Assembly (NCBI GenBank): GCA_963768425.1
Contig: CAVYHV010000017.1
Span: 64,001-128,000 of the forward strand
DNA from: Candidatus Bathyarchaeota archaeon
GTDB lineage: Archaea > Thermoproteota > Bathyarchaeia > Bathyarchaeales > Bathycorpusculaceae
Reading direction: 5' to 3'
DNA: 64,000 bases
Below the pieces are notes generated by a model. It saw nothing but the letters and a program-made list of their open reading frames with translations, had not been told where the DNA came from and did no database searches. The first letter of the stretch is position 1, and each line of letters begins with the position of its first letter. The translations under genes were made by a program, and so were the position numbers. Of the stretch, positions 29,132 through 39,686 are shown piece after piece.

Positions 29132-30595
29132 ATGGTTTCGAAATATCAATTATTCATCAATGGCGAATGGGTAAGTTCGGAATCAGGGGAAACCTTCACA
29201 AGGGTTAACCCTGCAGACCCAGACGAAGTCATCGGGAATTTTCAGAAAGGGAATGCTATTGACATGGAAAAGGCAATTGATTCGGCTGAGAGGGCTTTTG
29301 ATTCTTGGTCGGATACGCCGGCTCCGAAACGGGCCGAATACATTTTCAAAGCAGCCCAATTGTTGAGCGAGAACAAGGATGAGCTGTCTCAAATCATGAC
29401 CCGCGAAATGGGGAAGACGCTTCTTGACGCAAGCGCCGATGTTCAAGAAGCAATCAACGTTGGGTTCTACGTTGCAGGAGAAGGCAAAAGGCTCTTCGGA
29501 TCCACAGCGCCCTCGGAAAAACCGAACAAGTTCGCAATGACCGTGCGGCTTCCAATTGGAGTGGCAGGATTGATTTCGCCTTGGAACTTTCCCATAGCTA
29601 TTCCAGCCAAAAAAGTCTTTTACTCCCTTATTTGTGGAAACACGGCAGTGCTCAAGCCTGCATCCGACACGCCTCTTTGCGCAACTAAGCTTGCGGAGAT
29701 GGCGGAAAAAGCAGGTATCCCGAAGGGGGTTTTGAACTTGGTTACTGGTCCTGGTGAAACCGTCGGGATGGCTTTGATCAGGGATAAGCGAGTTAAGGTT
29801 ATCAGCTTTACAGGGCACAAAGACACTGGTGCCGCCATTTTAAGGGAGGCTGGACTCAAACGCTTAAATCTTGAGATGGGTGGAAAGAACCCTATTGTCG
29901 TTATGGATGATGCCGATCTTAAGCTGGCGGTTAACGGCGTTCTTTGGGGCGGCTTCGAAACTACTGGGCAAAGATGCACAGCCAGTTCAAGAGTTATAGT
30001 TCACGAGAAAATCAAAGAAGACTTTGAAGCAATGCTGATTGACCAGGTTCGAAGGCTCAGGCTTGGAAACGGTTTGGACCCGAAAACAGACATTGGACCC
30101 TTAGTAAACAAAGCAGCTCAGGATAAAGTAGGCCGATATGTAGAAATCGGTAAAAGTGAAGGCGCCAAACTCCTCAAAGGGGGTGAAGTGCCTAAAGATT
30201 TGAAGGGGTACTTTTTTGAGCCGACAGTTTTCACTGATTGCACTGTGAACATGCGGATTGCTCAGGAAGAAATCTTCGGACCAGTAATCTCGATTTTTTC
30301 AGCACACGACTTGGACGAAGCCATTGAAATCGCAAATTCCGTGGAATACGGTTTAAGCTCATCAATCTACACTAAAAACATAAGCAACGCTTTCGTCGCA
30401 ATCAACAAACTGCAGGCGGGATTAACATACGTTAATAGCCCGACAATCGGCGCTGAATGCCACCTTCCCTTCGGGGGCATGAAACATTCAGGAAACACAC
30501 GGGAAGACGGGCCCGAAGGCATCAAGGAATTTACTGAGTTGAAAACGGTATACATTGATTATTCAGGGAAACTTCAGAAAACCTATATAGAGTGA
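29132..30595 (+). CDS. NAD(P)-dependent aldehyde dehydrogenase
   Basis: ISPWNFP, LKPASDTP, SFTG, LEMGGKNP, GQRCTA, EEIFGPV, PFGGMKHSG. Confidence 0.95.
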   Translation: MVSKYQLFINGEWVSSESGETFTRVNPADPDEVIGNFQKGNAIDMEKAIDSAERAFDSWSDTPAPKRAEYIFKAAQLLSENKDELSQIMTREMGKTLLDASADVQEAINVGFYVAGEGKRLFGSTAPSEKPNKFAMTVRLPIGVAGLISPWNFPIAIPAKKVFYSLICGNTAVLKPASDTPLCATKLAEMAEKAGIPKGVLNLVTGPGETVGMALIRDKRVKVISFTGHKDTGAAILREAGLKRLNLEMGGKNPIVVMDDADLKLAVNGVLWGGFETTGQRCTASSRVIVHEKIKEDFEAMLIDQVRRLRLGNGLDPKTDIGPLVNKAAQDKVGRYVEIGKSEGAKLLKGGEVPKDLKGYFFEPTVFTDCTVNMRIAQEEIFGPVISIFSAHDLDEAIEIANSVEYGLSSSIYTKNISNAFVAINKLQAGLTYVNSPTIGAECHLPFGGMKHSGNTREDGPEGIKEFTELKTVYIDYSGKLQKTYIE

Positions 30596-30656
30596 TAAAG
30601 ACAATCGGCTCGCTGACTGCCAACAGCTAAAGTCGATTTTCTCACCATTTCTCTAG

Positions 30657-31933
30657 CTAAAGTCTTTTTTTGTTTATCATGTTCTTTTTTGAGGCAATTA
30701 CAGCGAATGCAGAGCATGACACAAGGGCAACTAATGAAAAGGCAACTGCTTGGTTTGGGAACTCGGGGATCGGTGGTTGATAGGGGGCGGCTGGGAAACC
30801 GTAATTGCGCCAAAAGCGTAGACGCTGTCGTCTTCTGACCCAACGTAAACTACACCATTGGCAATTGCGGGAGAAGAATCTACGAGACCAGTGGTTCCGT
30901 AAGTCCATATGGTAGTGCCTGCAGAAGCGTTCAAGGCATACAAGTTGTTATCATCTGAGCCAACGTATACTATGCCGTTAGCGACAGCGGGAGAAGACTC
31001 CACTTGGCTGCCCGTGCTATAGCTCCAGATTTTGCTGCCGGTTACAGCGTTTATAGCGTAGACGTTAAAGTCTTCTGAACCAACATAAACAACGCCGTTA
31101 GCGACGGCGGGGCATGAAACCACATAATCGCCTGTGCCGAAACTCCAAACTCTCGTGCCAGTTTGAATGCTTATCGCGTACACATTGTCATCGTCTGAGC
31201 CAATGTAAACTGTGCCATTAAACACTGCTGGCGAGCTATCCACAGAGCCGGCTGTTGCGAAACTCCAGATTTTGGCGCCTGTTGCAGCGTTCAGAGCATA
31301 AACGTTGTTGTCTTCTGATCCGACATAGACGACGCCGTTTGAAACTGCAGGGGAAGAGACAACCGCGTTACCTGTGCTGTAACTCCATTCTTTGGTGCCT
31401 GTCTGCGCGTTTAAAGCGTAAACTTTGTTATCGTCTGAACCAACATAAACTACGCCGTTCACAACCGCAGGTGAAGACTCAACCTGGTCGCCCGTTTGAT
31501 AACTCCACAGTTTAACGCCTGAGGTAGCGTTTATGGCGTAAACTTTGTGATCCTCTGAGCCAATGTAAACTACGCCGTTCGCGATTGCAGGCGAAGAATC
31601 GATGGAGCCGCCAGTTTTGTAGCTCCAGATATAATCTCCGTTTGCAGCGTTCAGGGCATAAACATAGTGATCATCCGAGCCGACAAAAACAACTCCGTTC
31701 ACAACAGCGGGAGAACTGTAGGCTACATAGTTGCCTGTTGCGTAACTCCACAGAAGCGTGTTTTCAATCGGACCAGTTGAGGTAGAGTAAGCCGTGTGCG
31801 CTGTGTCATGGCGGAAACTGGACCACCAGTCCAATGATTGTTGCGCCTCACCTTTTGGCGCGAATGCTACAAAAATCGATAAACATAAAATTCCCAGAAG
31901 CAAAGAAGCAAATATTCTCTTCATTTTTTCCAT
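30657..31933 (-). CDS. Secreted PQQ-like beta-propeller repeat protein with a PEF-CTERM-like tail (frameshift near 30780)
   Basis: Eight ~40-aa repeats WSY.TG..V.SSPAV.NG.VYVGS.D..VYA; alternate frame gives PPIPEFP, a TM helix and a basic tail. Confidence 0.88.
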
Positions 31934-32191
31934 CTTCAATAAGTTTCTTGGATTAAAATAGACCACATTGAATGTAAGCTTTTAAAATTTTCCGTTCTGA
32001 ACAGGCATTTTGCCAGCTAAGTCCTGCAAAAGGGGATTTAAAAGTCCCCGCGATATTAGGAAGTTTGAATGTGGTAGAGGTAGAAAGTTTTTCTTTGTCC
32101 GCTCTCGCAGTCAGGAATTTCATCTTGATTTAGCGTTTTCAACCATTCACTGACTGTTGGGAACCCTGATTTCGTGACGTAGAATCCCAGG

Positions 32192-32488
32192 TTAGAAGGC
32201 ATGGTGTTTGATGGGGGAATTTACGTTGAATACGGTGACGACAAATTCTGCGGACGGATTGTTTGGGTCATTTTGATCTTCAGGGTATCCTTTGCAGAAT
32301 TCCACGAATTCTTCGAACTTGATTTTAAGGTTAGCGTCGTAACCCTTCACCCTGTAGTAAGTGTATTGCGGGTTTTGAACATCCGTTAGGACAAAGACGT
32401 CACCACTTTTCTTAAGAAACTCAAGAGCATGAGGATCAATCTCGATTTCCAAGCTATCCATGCTGTTTTCACTCATCCTAATCTTCAC
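32192..32488 (-). CDS. Hypothetical protein
   Basis: ~95-aa ORF with globular composition and no recognised motif. Confidence 0.55.
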   Translation of the reverse strand: MKIRMSENSMDSLEIEIDPHALEFLKKSGDVFVLTDVQNPQYTYYRVKGYDANLKIKFEEFVEFCKGYPEDQNDPNNPSAEFVVTVFNVNSPIKHHAF

Positions 32489-32682
32489 CGCTGATGACTT
32501 TCATTATTACTTAATGCATCCTATTTTAATATTAAACACTATCGACACTTAGCTACTTTTTTTGCGGCGAAAACCAAGAGTCTCTGGCGGTTTTCTGTTT
32601 TCAAATAACTTGTCATCTGTTCCTTGGCAAAAAGCGCTTGTAATAAGCAAAAAATATAAGCGGCTTTTACGCATGCCAATGG

Positions 32683-33669
32683 TTGACCAATATGGGTATA
32701 GTTGAACTTAGGCTTTCAATGTTAGCGACCCTGACGATCATCATCGGGTTGTCTACGCTAGTCTTAACGGGTGTTATGCTTTACTTCGGTGTATTCAACA
32801 TCATTGCAGTGGGCATAATCGTAGTAGCCATAAACATTGCCGCAATGGCTCTTCGCGCCGTACTTACTAGGCTTCGTTTACAAGATTAGAAAAATTTCAC
32901 AAACAGAGAATCCGCAACTTCACCAAATCGTCAACAACCTAAGCCAGAAATGCCACATAAAAACCCCAGAACTCATGCTAGCTCAGGTTCCTGTTCCAAA
33001 CGCTTTCGCATATGGTTCACCGCTTACAGGCAGCCGCGTCGCAGTAACTCCGGGATTGCTGACAGCGCTGAACACGGACGAGGTTGAAGCGGTTTTAGGA
33101 CATGAACTGGGACATCTCAGGCACAAGGACGTTCAGGTTATGATGGCTGTTTCTGTCCTTCCGTCTGTTTTCATGTACCTTGGTTATTCACTTATGTGGT
33201 CAGGAAATGGCTTCTGGAGGAAGCAGAAGAAGCGGCGGCGGCAACGGCAACGGTGCAATCATCGGCATAGGCTTGATGGGATTCGGTTATCTGCTTACCT
33301 TCTTTACGTTGTGGCTCAGCAGGGTACGCGAGTACTACGCAGACAGGAACAGCGTCCAAGTGGTAGATAACGGCGCATGGAAGCTTTCAACGGGCCTCGC
33401 GAAAATCGTCAGCGCCTCAAAGAAACCCAGCAAGTCAAAGAGGACAAGGACAGCAGCAAGGCGCAAGCGCTTTCAGATGCCTCTTCATCTCCGACCCAGG
33501 CGATTCAGACCAAGCTGCGAAAAGCATCGACGCATCGCTCATGGTTCAGGAAATCCTCTCGAGAAAAATAACAGGCGAAGACAAGCTGGCAGAAGCTTTC
33601 TCGACTCACCCGAACATAACCAAACGTCTACGAGCACTTCAGCAGCTAAGCCAAAACCCCAACGCCTAA
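32683..33669 (+). CDS. htpX: HtpX family M48 zinc metalloprotease, several frameshifts
   Basis: PNAFAYGSP, AVLGHELGHLRHKD, LSRVREYYAD and C-terminal FSTHPN spread over different frames. Confidence 0.9.
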
Positions 33670-33671
33670 TC

Positions 33672-35025
33672 TTAGGCGTATTTTCCTTCTTGACTTAAGG
33701 GATTAGTCCATTTGATTATTGCGCTAACCGAGTTCTGGTTGAACCCCTTGAAACCTTGACCGCGCTGAATATTCTCTAAATGGCTCGCAACTGCCCCATC
33801 CCGAAGAAACACTGAAGCTTGCTCGCTGGTTAAGCTATGGTTTTTCAGGAGCAAATTCAGTTTTTCGCCGTGAACCTGCCATTTCTCAGGCTCAGTGAAT
33901 GCTTGTTTGAGGAACGGGAAATTGGAGAAAGGCTTCATCATGCCGACGCCCAAAGCCTTGAGGTCTTCTCGGGCAGCTTCGAAGTTGAACCGCGCGGCTA
34001 AATGATGCATCCCAGCTTCAAGAATGCTTTCGCCATGCAGCCCGACCCATAAGCCTACCGTACCCAGCTGGCTTCGCGTTTCAAGCGCTTTATGAGCGAA
34101 ATCAATGTCTTTTTCCTCAACCGACAAGTCAACATCGGCGAAAACAACGTTTCTTCCATCTTTCTCCTCAAGAATTTGGGCTCCCCAACCTGCTTGGGCG
34201 CCAGCATGAAAACTTTCCCGAGGCTCAAGCCCAAGGTACTCGAACATATGAATTAAAGCGGCAAAGTTCCCTCGTGAAGACCTGAAGGTGTGGTGGTCGA
34301 CGTTTCCCCACCCCATGCCGACTTTATCCTGCCTGCTTTTCTGAACTTTGGCTGCGTCGGTTTCGGGTTTCCCAGTAACGTCTTTCCGCTCGGAAGAAGA
34401 CGTCAGCTAAGCGTGGCTTGCTAAGTTTGTTTTCGAAGTTTTTAAGCAGTTTTTCAGTTTCGTAAATCCCTTCTTCAGCAGACAAGAACACTCGTTTACG
34501 CGATTCCAAAGCACTTCAACGCTTCAACGTATGAGTCAATGTCGCCTGTATCTTCAACTGCATATCCTGATGAGCCCCGCCTCTCCACAAAGGAAAACGC
34601 AAAATCATTTTCGTTGACAAGGGAAAGCTTTCTAAAGCTTGAGTTGGGTGCTCCCTGAACGCTTTTTTCTTTGCCAATGGTCTTTCGGAAATCATCCATG
34701 TTTTCAACCGCAAGTGCAACTTCTGAACTTTTGCCGCTTTTCAGAACCAAAGGAAAAAGCGAGCTTCCGCCTACCCGAAAAACAGTTGCGTCGTCAATGC
34801 TTTTCTGGGATTCTTTAAATCCCATCTTCAAAAGTTCCTCAACGTTTACGCTTTCTGCTGGAAGCGCAAGGTGGTCTACCCAGTCGAAAATGTTGGTTGA
34901 AGTGCTGCGTTGAATCTCCGTCGCTTGCTGCTAAAGCAAAACTACTCTTGTTTAAGAGTTCCTTAAGCCTACATTTGAAGGAAAGATTCCGCATCGGCAA
35001 AAAGTTGCCAATCAAATAAGCTCAA
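33672..35025 (-). CDS. Uncharacterised protein with putative VOC/DUF1338-like metal site, several frameshifts
   Basis: TTG start after GGAGG; MSLFDWQLFADAESF...TSTNIFDWVDHL...GWGNVDHHTFRSSR...AGMHHLAARF...SHLENIQRGQGFKGFNQ. Confidence 0.7.
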
Positions 35026-35169
35026 AAAAATCCTCCTAAGAACATTGAAATGCCCACATTTTAACGAGTTAAAGGTTTCTTATAAAGCTGTTTTACTAAG
35101 TCTGACACGACGGAAAAACGGAGTACAGGATAAACTTAAAACTGAAAGCACACTTATCGCTTACAAGAT

Positions 35170-36024
35170 GTGTTCGCCTTGGATGTTTCCGTAACCAAAG
35201 CAGATGGCTCTAAACAGCTCTTTAACAGAGAAAAGGTCGTTCAAACTTGTTTAAAGATGGGCGCAACCATTCAGATGGCCAATGAGGTTGCTGGACAGGT
35301 TCAAAGAAGCCTTTTTGAAGGCGTATCAACTCGAACAATTCTTCAGTTGATTTTCAGGCTCATGGAGGAATACAAACCTGAAGTCGGGCATCTCTTGGAT
35401 TTAAGGACGGGTATAAGCCTGATGGATAGCAAACCAGAATTTGAAATGTTCGTTCAGGTCTTGCTTGCCCACAGCGACTTCGACGTTTCGCCTAACAGGA
35501 TTCTCAGGGGAAAATGCGGGAGACACGAGGTAGACGGCATCGCGAAACGTGACGGCGTCATCTATTTTGTGGAAATAAAACATCATCTAAGCTATCACTC
35601 CTTAACTGGGTTGGATGAGAGCCGCATTGCACAAGCCATACTGGAAGACGTCCAGGAAGCGGTTGCTTTAGGATTGACCGATTTCAAAGTGGACCGTGCT
35701 ATGATAGTAACCAACACAAGATATTCCGAGCATGCTGTTGAATATGGAACCTGCAAAAATATCTTGCTGATTGGGTGGAGTTCGCCGCAGACGCTGGGGT
35801 TGCGAGAAATAATTGAAAAAGGCAATTTGTACCCGCTCAGTTGCCTTCGAGGCTTAAGCCACGACGACAGGATAAGGTTTGTCAACTCGGGGATACTTCT
35901 CTTAAAACAACTGCTTGAACAAGACCGATCCTCAATAGCTACGAAAACTGGGTTGCCATATGAAGTAGTCGTAGAAGTCACGAAAAAAGCTCGAGCTAGC
36001 GCGAATGCACTCTGGGGCCAATAG
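35170..36024 (+). CDS. ATP-cone domain plus Mrr-like PD-(D/E)XK restriction endonuclease domain protein
   Basis: VTKADGSKQLFNREKV ATP cone; FE..V..LL, HEVDGIA, FVEIKHH, IVTNTRYS. Confidence 0.85.
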   Translation: MFALDVSVTKADGSKQLFNREKVVQTCLKMGATIQMANEVAGQVQRSLFEGVSTRTILQLIFRLMEEYKPEVGHLLDLRTGISLMDSKPEFEMFVQVLLAHSDFDVSPNRILRGKCGRHEVDGIAKRDGVIYFVEIKHHLSYHSLTGLDESRIAQAILEDVQEAVALGLTDFKVDRAMIVTNTRYSEHAVEYGTCKNILLIGWSSPQTLGLREIIEKGNLYPLSCLRGLSHDDRIRFVNSGILLLKQLLEQDRSSIATKTGLPYEVVVEVTKKARASANALWGQ

Positions 36025-36039
36025 CCGCTTCTGGGAATT

Positions 36040-36360
36040 TTATGTCGATCTTGCGATTTCAACCATTATCTTTCCATTTTCAACCTTGCATCGGTAACAA
36101 GACAATTTCACCTGCGGAATTTCTTGGTATTGCCCATTTCGTATGTCGAATTTCCAGCCATGACAGGGGCACATCAATGTGTAACCATTGAGGATTCCCC
36201 CTTGAAAGCTACAACCTTCATGGGGACAATAGTTTGAAACACCATAAACTTCACCACCAACCCTCAATAGCAAAACAGGCTTTCCCTTTAGCCTGACAGC
36301 TTTCATTTTGCCTTCCCCCAGCTCGCTTTCCTTAATCGAAACCACAAAACCGTCATTCAT
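36040..36360 (-). CDS. Rieske [2Fe-2S] ferredoxin
   Basis: CPHEG...CPCHGWKFDIRNG. Confidence 0.92.
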   Translation of the reverse strand: MNDGFVVSIKESELGEGKMKAVRLKGKPVLLLRVGGEVYGVSNYCPHEGCSFQGGILNGYTLMCPCHGWKFDIRNGQYQEIPQVKLSCYRCKVENGKIMVEIARST

Positions 36361-36543
36361 AACGACTGAACCTTCTGTATAAATGGGATGGGAAAGCTCA
36401 AAAACCTTGCCTACACGAACCTTTCGACCGTCTTTTTTGATCGTAACCAAAATACAAAATGTTTGGGACAAAATTCAAAAAGGATAAATGCTAATGTTTG
36501 GTATTGTAGTCGGTTCAAAATTACTTCATGTTGTAGGATATAC

Positions 36544-38466
36544 ATGAGTTTTGTAAATTGCCGCAAAGCCACTGTTCTTCTGTTCATTGTTCTCTTGACG
36601 GCCTTCATAATTCCCGTTTCGGCAGTTAGCAACGTCGAAAAAACTTACTCCATAAAACCGCCATCAACCATCAGCCACCAATACAGCATCATCAATGTGC
36701 AGCCGAGACTTCTCACCAATGAACACAACGAAAAACTATACGTCTCCACACCCATGTCGCTTGTTAATTATTATGGTAATTTGTCTCACACAATAAACGA
36801 CAACGGCGACTACGCATGGCTCGTCACACCGCAGGCAGTAGCGCCGATAGCAGCATCCCTCCTCAAAATCACTAACGGCCTTTCTAACCGCGACGAACAA
36901 TTCGCCGATGTCGTGTTAGGCTTCGTGCATCAACTTTCATACAATGTTACAAGCCCACAGTACCCTGTTGAAACTCTTGCAAGCAACAAGGGCGACTGCG
37001 TGGGATTATCACTTCTTACCGCATCCATTATGGAAGCGGGCGGCTTGGACGTTGTTTTGATTCTCTACACGGGCATAAATCCGCAGCACATGAACGTAGG
37101 AGTCTATTTGCCTTATACTCCGATCTATCATACGCCTTTACTTGCTCCGACAAGCTTCACTTACGATAACAAAACCTATTGGACTGCTGAAACCACCCCT
37201 GAAGGCAACTGGAAAGTCGGGGATCAATCCCAAGCCTTATCCGGGGCAAAAGCAAACATTATTCCCCTCAACCAAACTGCCCAGTCGCTTTCTCCATCCC
37301 AAGTTTCAGCAAGCCTGAAAACTGCATTAGTTCCTTCAGCGATAACTGTTGACACAAGCCAGCAGGCAACAACCCCAGATGTGAATGGGAAAAGATCAAT
37401 CTCAATCTCGGGCCAAATAACTCCTGCAATCGCCGGTCAAACAGTTAACGTATACGTAAGCAGCACCAACTACGAAGGTGAAGTGCTTAACTTCTTTACA
37501 ACGGTAACGGACAATTACGGCAACTACAAATTAATCTGGAACTTCACCAATTCAGGAACATACTACATAACAGCAAACTGGAACGGTGCCTCAAACAATG
37601 CAGCCGCAGACAGCCAAACAGTACCAGTCTTTGTTGGACCCCAATCTTATATGCAGTTTAGCTCGCCTGATTACAACTACATTTTCGGGCAGCCCGGCTT
37701 AGCAGCCTTCGCTACATATCCCATGCAAGGCGAAAACGATTTCCTAACAGTCCCACTTGGCACCCAAGCTTCGTTGAGCTATAACTTCATCGTGCTGCAG
37801 GCAGGACAAACCATATCTAACGTTCCCACCACGAACATAACAGTGCCTGCCACAATGGAAAAAGTGCTGACAAGCCAGGGGAAAGCGGAAACAATCGAGA
37901 TACCTGCCCACAACGAAACGGTACCTCTCGGGGTTCCAAACGGTCTTGAGCCGCTCATGTTACCAGACGATTTCAACCAAACATTAGACAATCAATTCAG
38001 TCTTGTCCTTCAAAATAACGCAGGCAACTACAGCCTGAACTTTAAAGCGTTAAGCCAAGACGACATAGCTAACATGCAAGCAACGGCGACAGTCACAAAC
38101 GCCACCGAGACCATTAGAGAAAACACCTGGTATCAAGTAACCACGAAACTAAACGGAAATTCAGCTACCACCACCTTGAGCAACGAAAACGGCACCGTAA
38201 TCCAAAACACAACAAACCAAACCAGCGACAACCCAGCTGTGCTCCTTATAACAAACAACGAAGATACCGCTATAGCAATCAAAAACCTTACAATCCAAAC
38301 CCCAAACGCCAACCCCGTTCAGCCTCAGACAACCCAAAAACCAACCGGTATCCTCAGTTACACAAATCTTGCCCTATACGCGATTATCGCAATCCTGGCA
38401 GCTGCGACAGTAGTGGCTGTGCTTTACATAAAGAGAGCCAAGAAAACCGCACCAATCACTCGTTAG
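36544..38466 (+). CDS. Membrane-anchored surface protein with a transglutaminase-like domain and an Ig-like domain
   Basis: Signal peptide; YPVETL...GDC..LSLL.ASI, HMNVGV, AETT; Thr/Asn-rich stalk; C-terminal TM plus basic tail. Confidence 0.75.
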   Translation: MSFVNCRKATVLLFIVLLTAFIIPVSAVSNVEKTYSIKPPSTISHQYSIINVQPRLLTNEHNEKLYVSTPMSLVNYYGNLSHTINDNGDYAWLVTPQAVAPIAASLLKITNGLSNRDEQFADVVLGFVHQLSYNVTSPQYPVETLASNKGDCVGLSLLTASIMEAGGLDVVLILYTGINPQHMNVGVYLPYTPIYHTPLLAPTSFTYDNKTYWTAETTPEGNWKVGDQSQALSGAKANIIPLNQTAQSLSPSQVSASLKTALVPSAITVDTSQQATTPDVNGKRSISISGQITPAIAGQTVNVYVSSTNYEGEVLNFFTTVTDNYGNYKLIWNFTNSGTYYITANWNGASNNAAADSQTVPVFVGPQSYMQFSSPDYNYIFGQPGLAAFATYPMQGENDFLTVPLGTQASLSYNFIVLQAGQTISNVPTTNITVPATMEKVLTSQGKAETIEIPAHNETVPLGVPNGLEPLMLPDDFNQTLDNQFSLVLQNNAGNYSLNFKALSQDDIANMQATATVTNATETIRENTWYQVTTKLNGNSATTTLSNENGTVIQNTTNQTSDNPAVLLITNNEDTAIAIKNLTIQTPNANPVQPQTTQKPTGILSYTNLALYAIIAILAAATVVAVLYIKRAKKTAPITR

Positions 38467-38558
38467 CGACGCCATTGGCGACTTAGGTGTTTAAAATAGG
38501 AATTCTTAAAAAATCTAGTATTTTATGGTTGGATTCCACCATAAAAATGGGTTTGTTC

Positions 38559-39686
38559 CTATTCGCTCGAGTTCTTAATGTTGTGGAGTTCGCAGAGTTT
38601 AAGCAGGGTTTCTTTGTAGACTTGGATAGACTTCAGATATTCTGCTACGTCGATATGCTCGTCTAGAGTATGGTCAAGTCGGCTATTGCCCGGTCCATAA
38701 GTCACAATTGGCAAGTTCATGGCTTTGCCCAGGATGTTCATATCGCCAGTTCCAGTCTTATGCAGAAGCGTTGCAGGCTTGTTTAGGACTTTTCGGACGG
38801 AAGAAGAAAAGACGTGGACAAGCGGCGAAGCCTTGTTCACCTCGAAAGGCTCCACAGTATCCAGCACAGTTGCCTTCACAGAAACCTTCGGGTTAGCAGC
38901 CTGATACTTTGCAATGATCTTCTCTATCTGCTCAAAAATCTGAGACGTCGAAAACTGAATTGGCACACGAACATCAATGTTCATTTCAGCCTCAAAAGGA
39001 ACAACAGACATCGCTCTGCCACCGGCAACTTTAACCAAACAGGCAGTAAGCGCGTTAAAAGGGCTCTCTGAAGGGTCCAGCGACGGGAAAGAAGAAGCAT
39101 TCTTGATCTGCATCCAAACCTCAAACGCCTTCTCCAACGCGTTTTCATAAAGCCAGGGCGTAGAAGAGTGACCAGTCTCAGTTTTGCACACAACCTTCAG
39201 CTGAATCTGCCCCTTGTAGCCAACCGTAATGTTTTCGACACCACTTGGTTCTCCAAAGATGGCGTAGTCGGCTTTGATCCCCTGAGTGATAAGGTGCTTG
39301 ACGCCTCGGCTAGTAGCTTCCTCCTCGACCACGCTTGCAACCAAAATTTTACCTTTAAACCCTGGCTCCTGCGCAACGGAAACGGCAGCCATAACCATTG
39401 CGGCAAGCGGACCCTTTGCATCCACAGCGCCCCGAGCGTATATTTTGCCTTCTTCAATGCGCAGCGGCAAGTGTCCAGCCACAGTATCCATGTGACCACA
39501 CAGCAAGATTACGGGTTCGCCTTCGCCAACGACGCCAATCACGTTTCCGATTGCATCTTTGCCGACTTCAAAACCCATCTTCTTCATTTCAACCGCTAAA
39601 AAGTTAGCCGCATCCTCTTCTTTCCCTGAAGGGCTATAAATGCCCAAAAGGTTAGTTAGAAATCGTACTGCTTCCTGCTCGCTCAT
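38559..39686 (-). CDS. lysK: [LysW]-lysine/[LysW]-ornithine hydrolase (M20 family)
   Basis: GHMDTV, RGAVDAKGPL, VEEE, GEPSG, KTGTGDMN, YGPG.S.LDHT.DEH; last gene of the lysW cluster. Confidence 0.88.
   Translation of the reverse strand: MSEQEAVRFLTNLLGIYSPSGKEEDAANFLAVEMKKMGFEVGKDAIGNVIGVVGEGEPVILLCGHMDTVAGHLPLRIEEGKIYARGAVDAKGPLAAMVMAAVSVAQEPGFKGKILVASVVEEEATSRGVKHLITQGIKADYAIFGEPSGVENITVGYKGQIQLKVVCKTETGHSSTPWLYENALEKAFEVWMQIKNASSFPSLDPSESPFNALTACLVKVAGGRAMSVVPFEAEMNIDVRVPIQFSTSQIFEQIEKIIAKYQAANPKVSVKATVLDTVEPFEVNKASPLVHVFSSSVRKVLNKPATLLHKTGTGDMNILGKAMNLPIVTYGPGNSRLDHTLDEHIDVAEYLKSIQVYKETLLKLCELHNIKNSSE

Noticed and set aside
30780-31760. 120-bp periodic nucleotide repeats
   Set aside because: They are explained by the 40-aa blades of the beta-propeller protein.
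32488-32505. CCGCTGATGACTTTCA resembling the 3' half of a fluoride riboswitch
   Set aside because: There is no upstream GGNGAUG..stem element and no fluoride-related gene downstream on that strand.
35170-36024. ATP-cone/Mrr-like nuclease as a new defence system
   Set aside because: This is a known stand-alone architecture, with no methylase or other defence genes adjacent.
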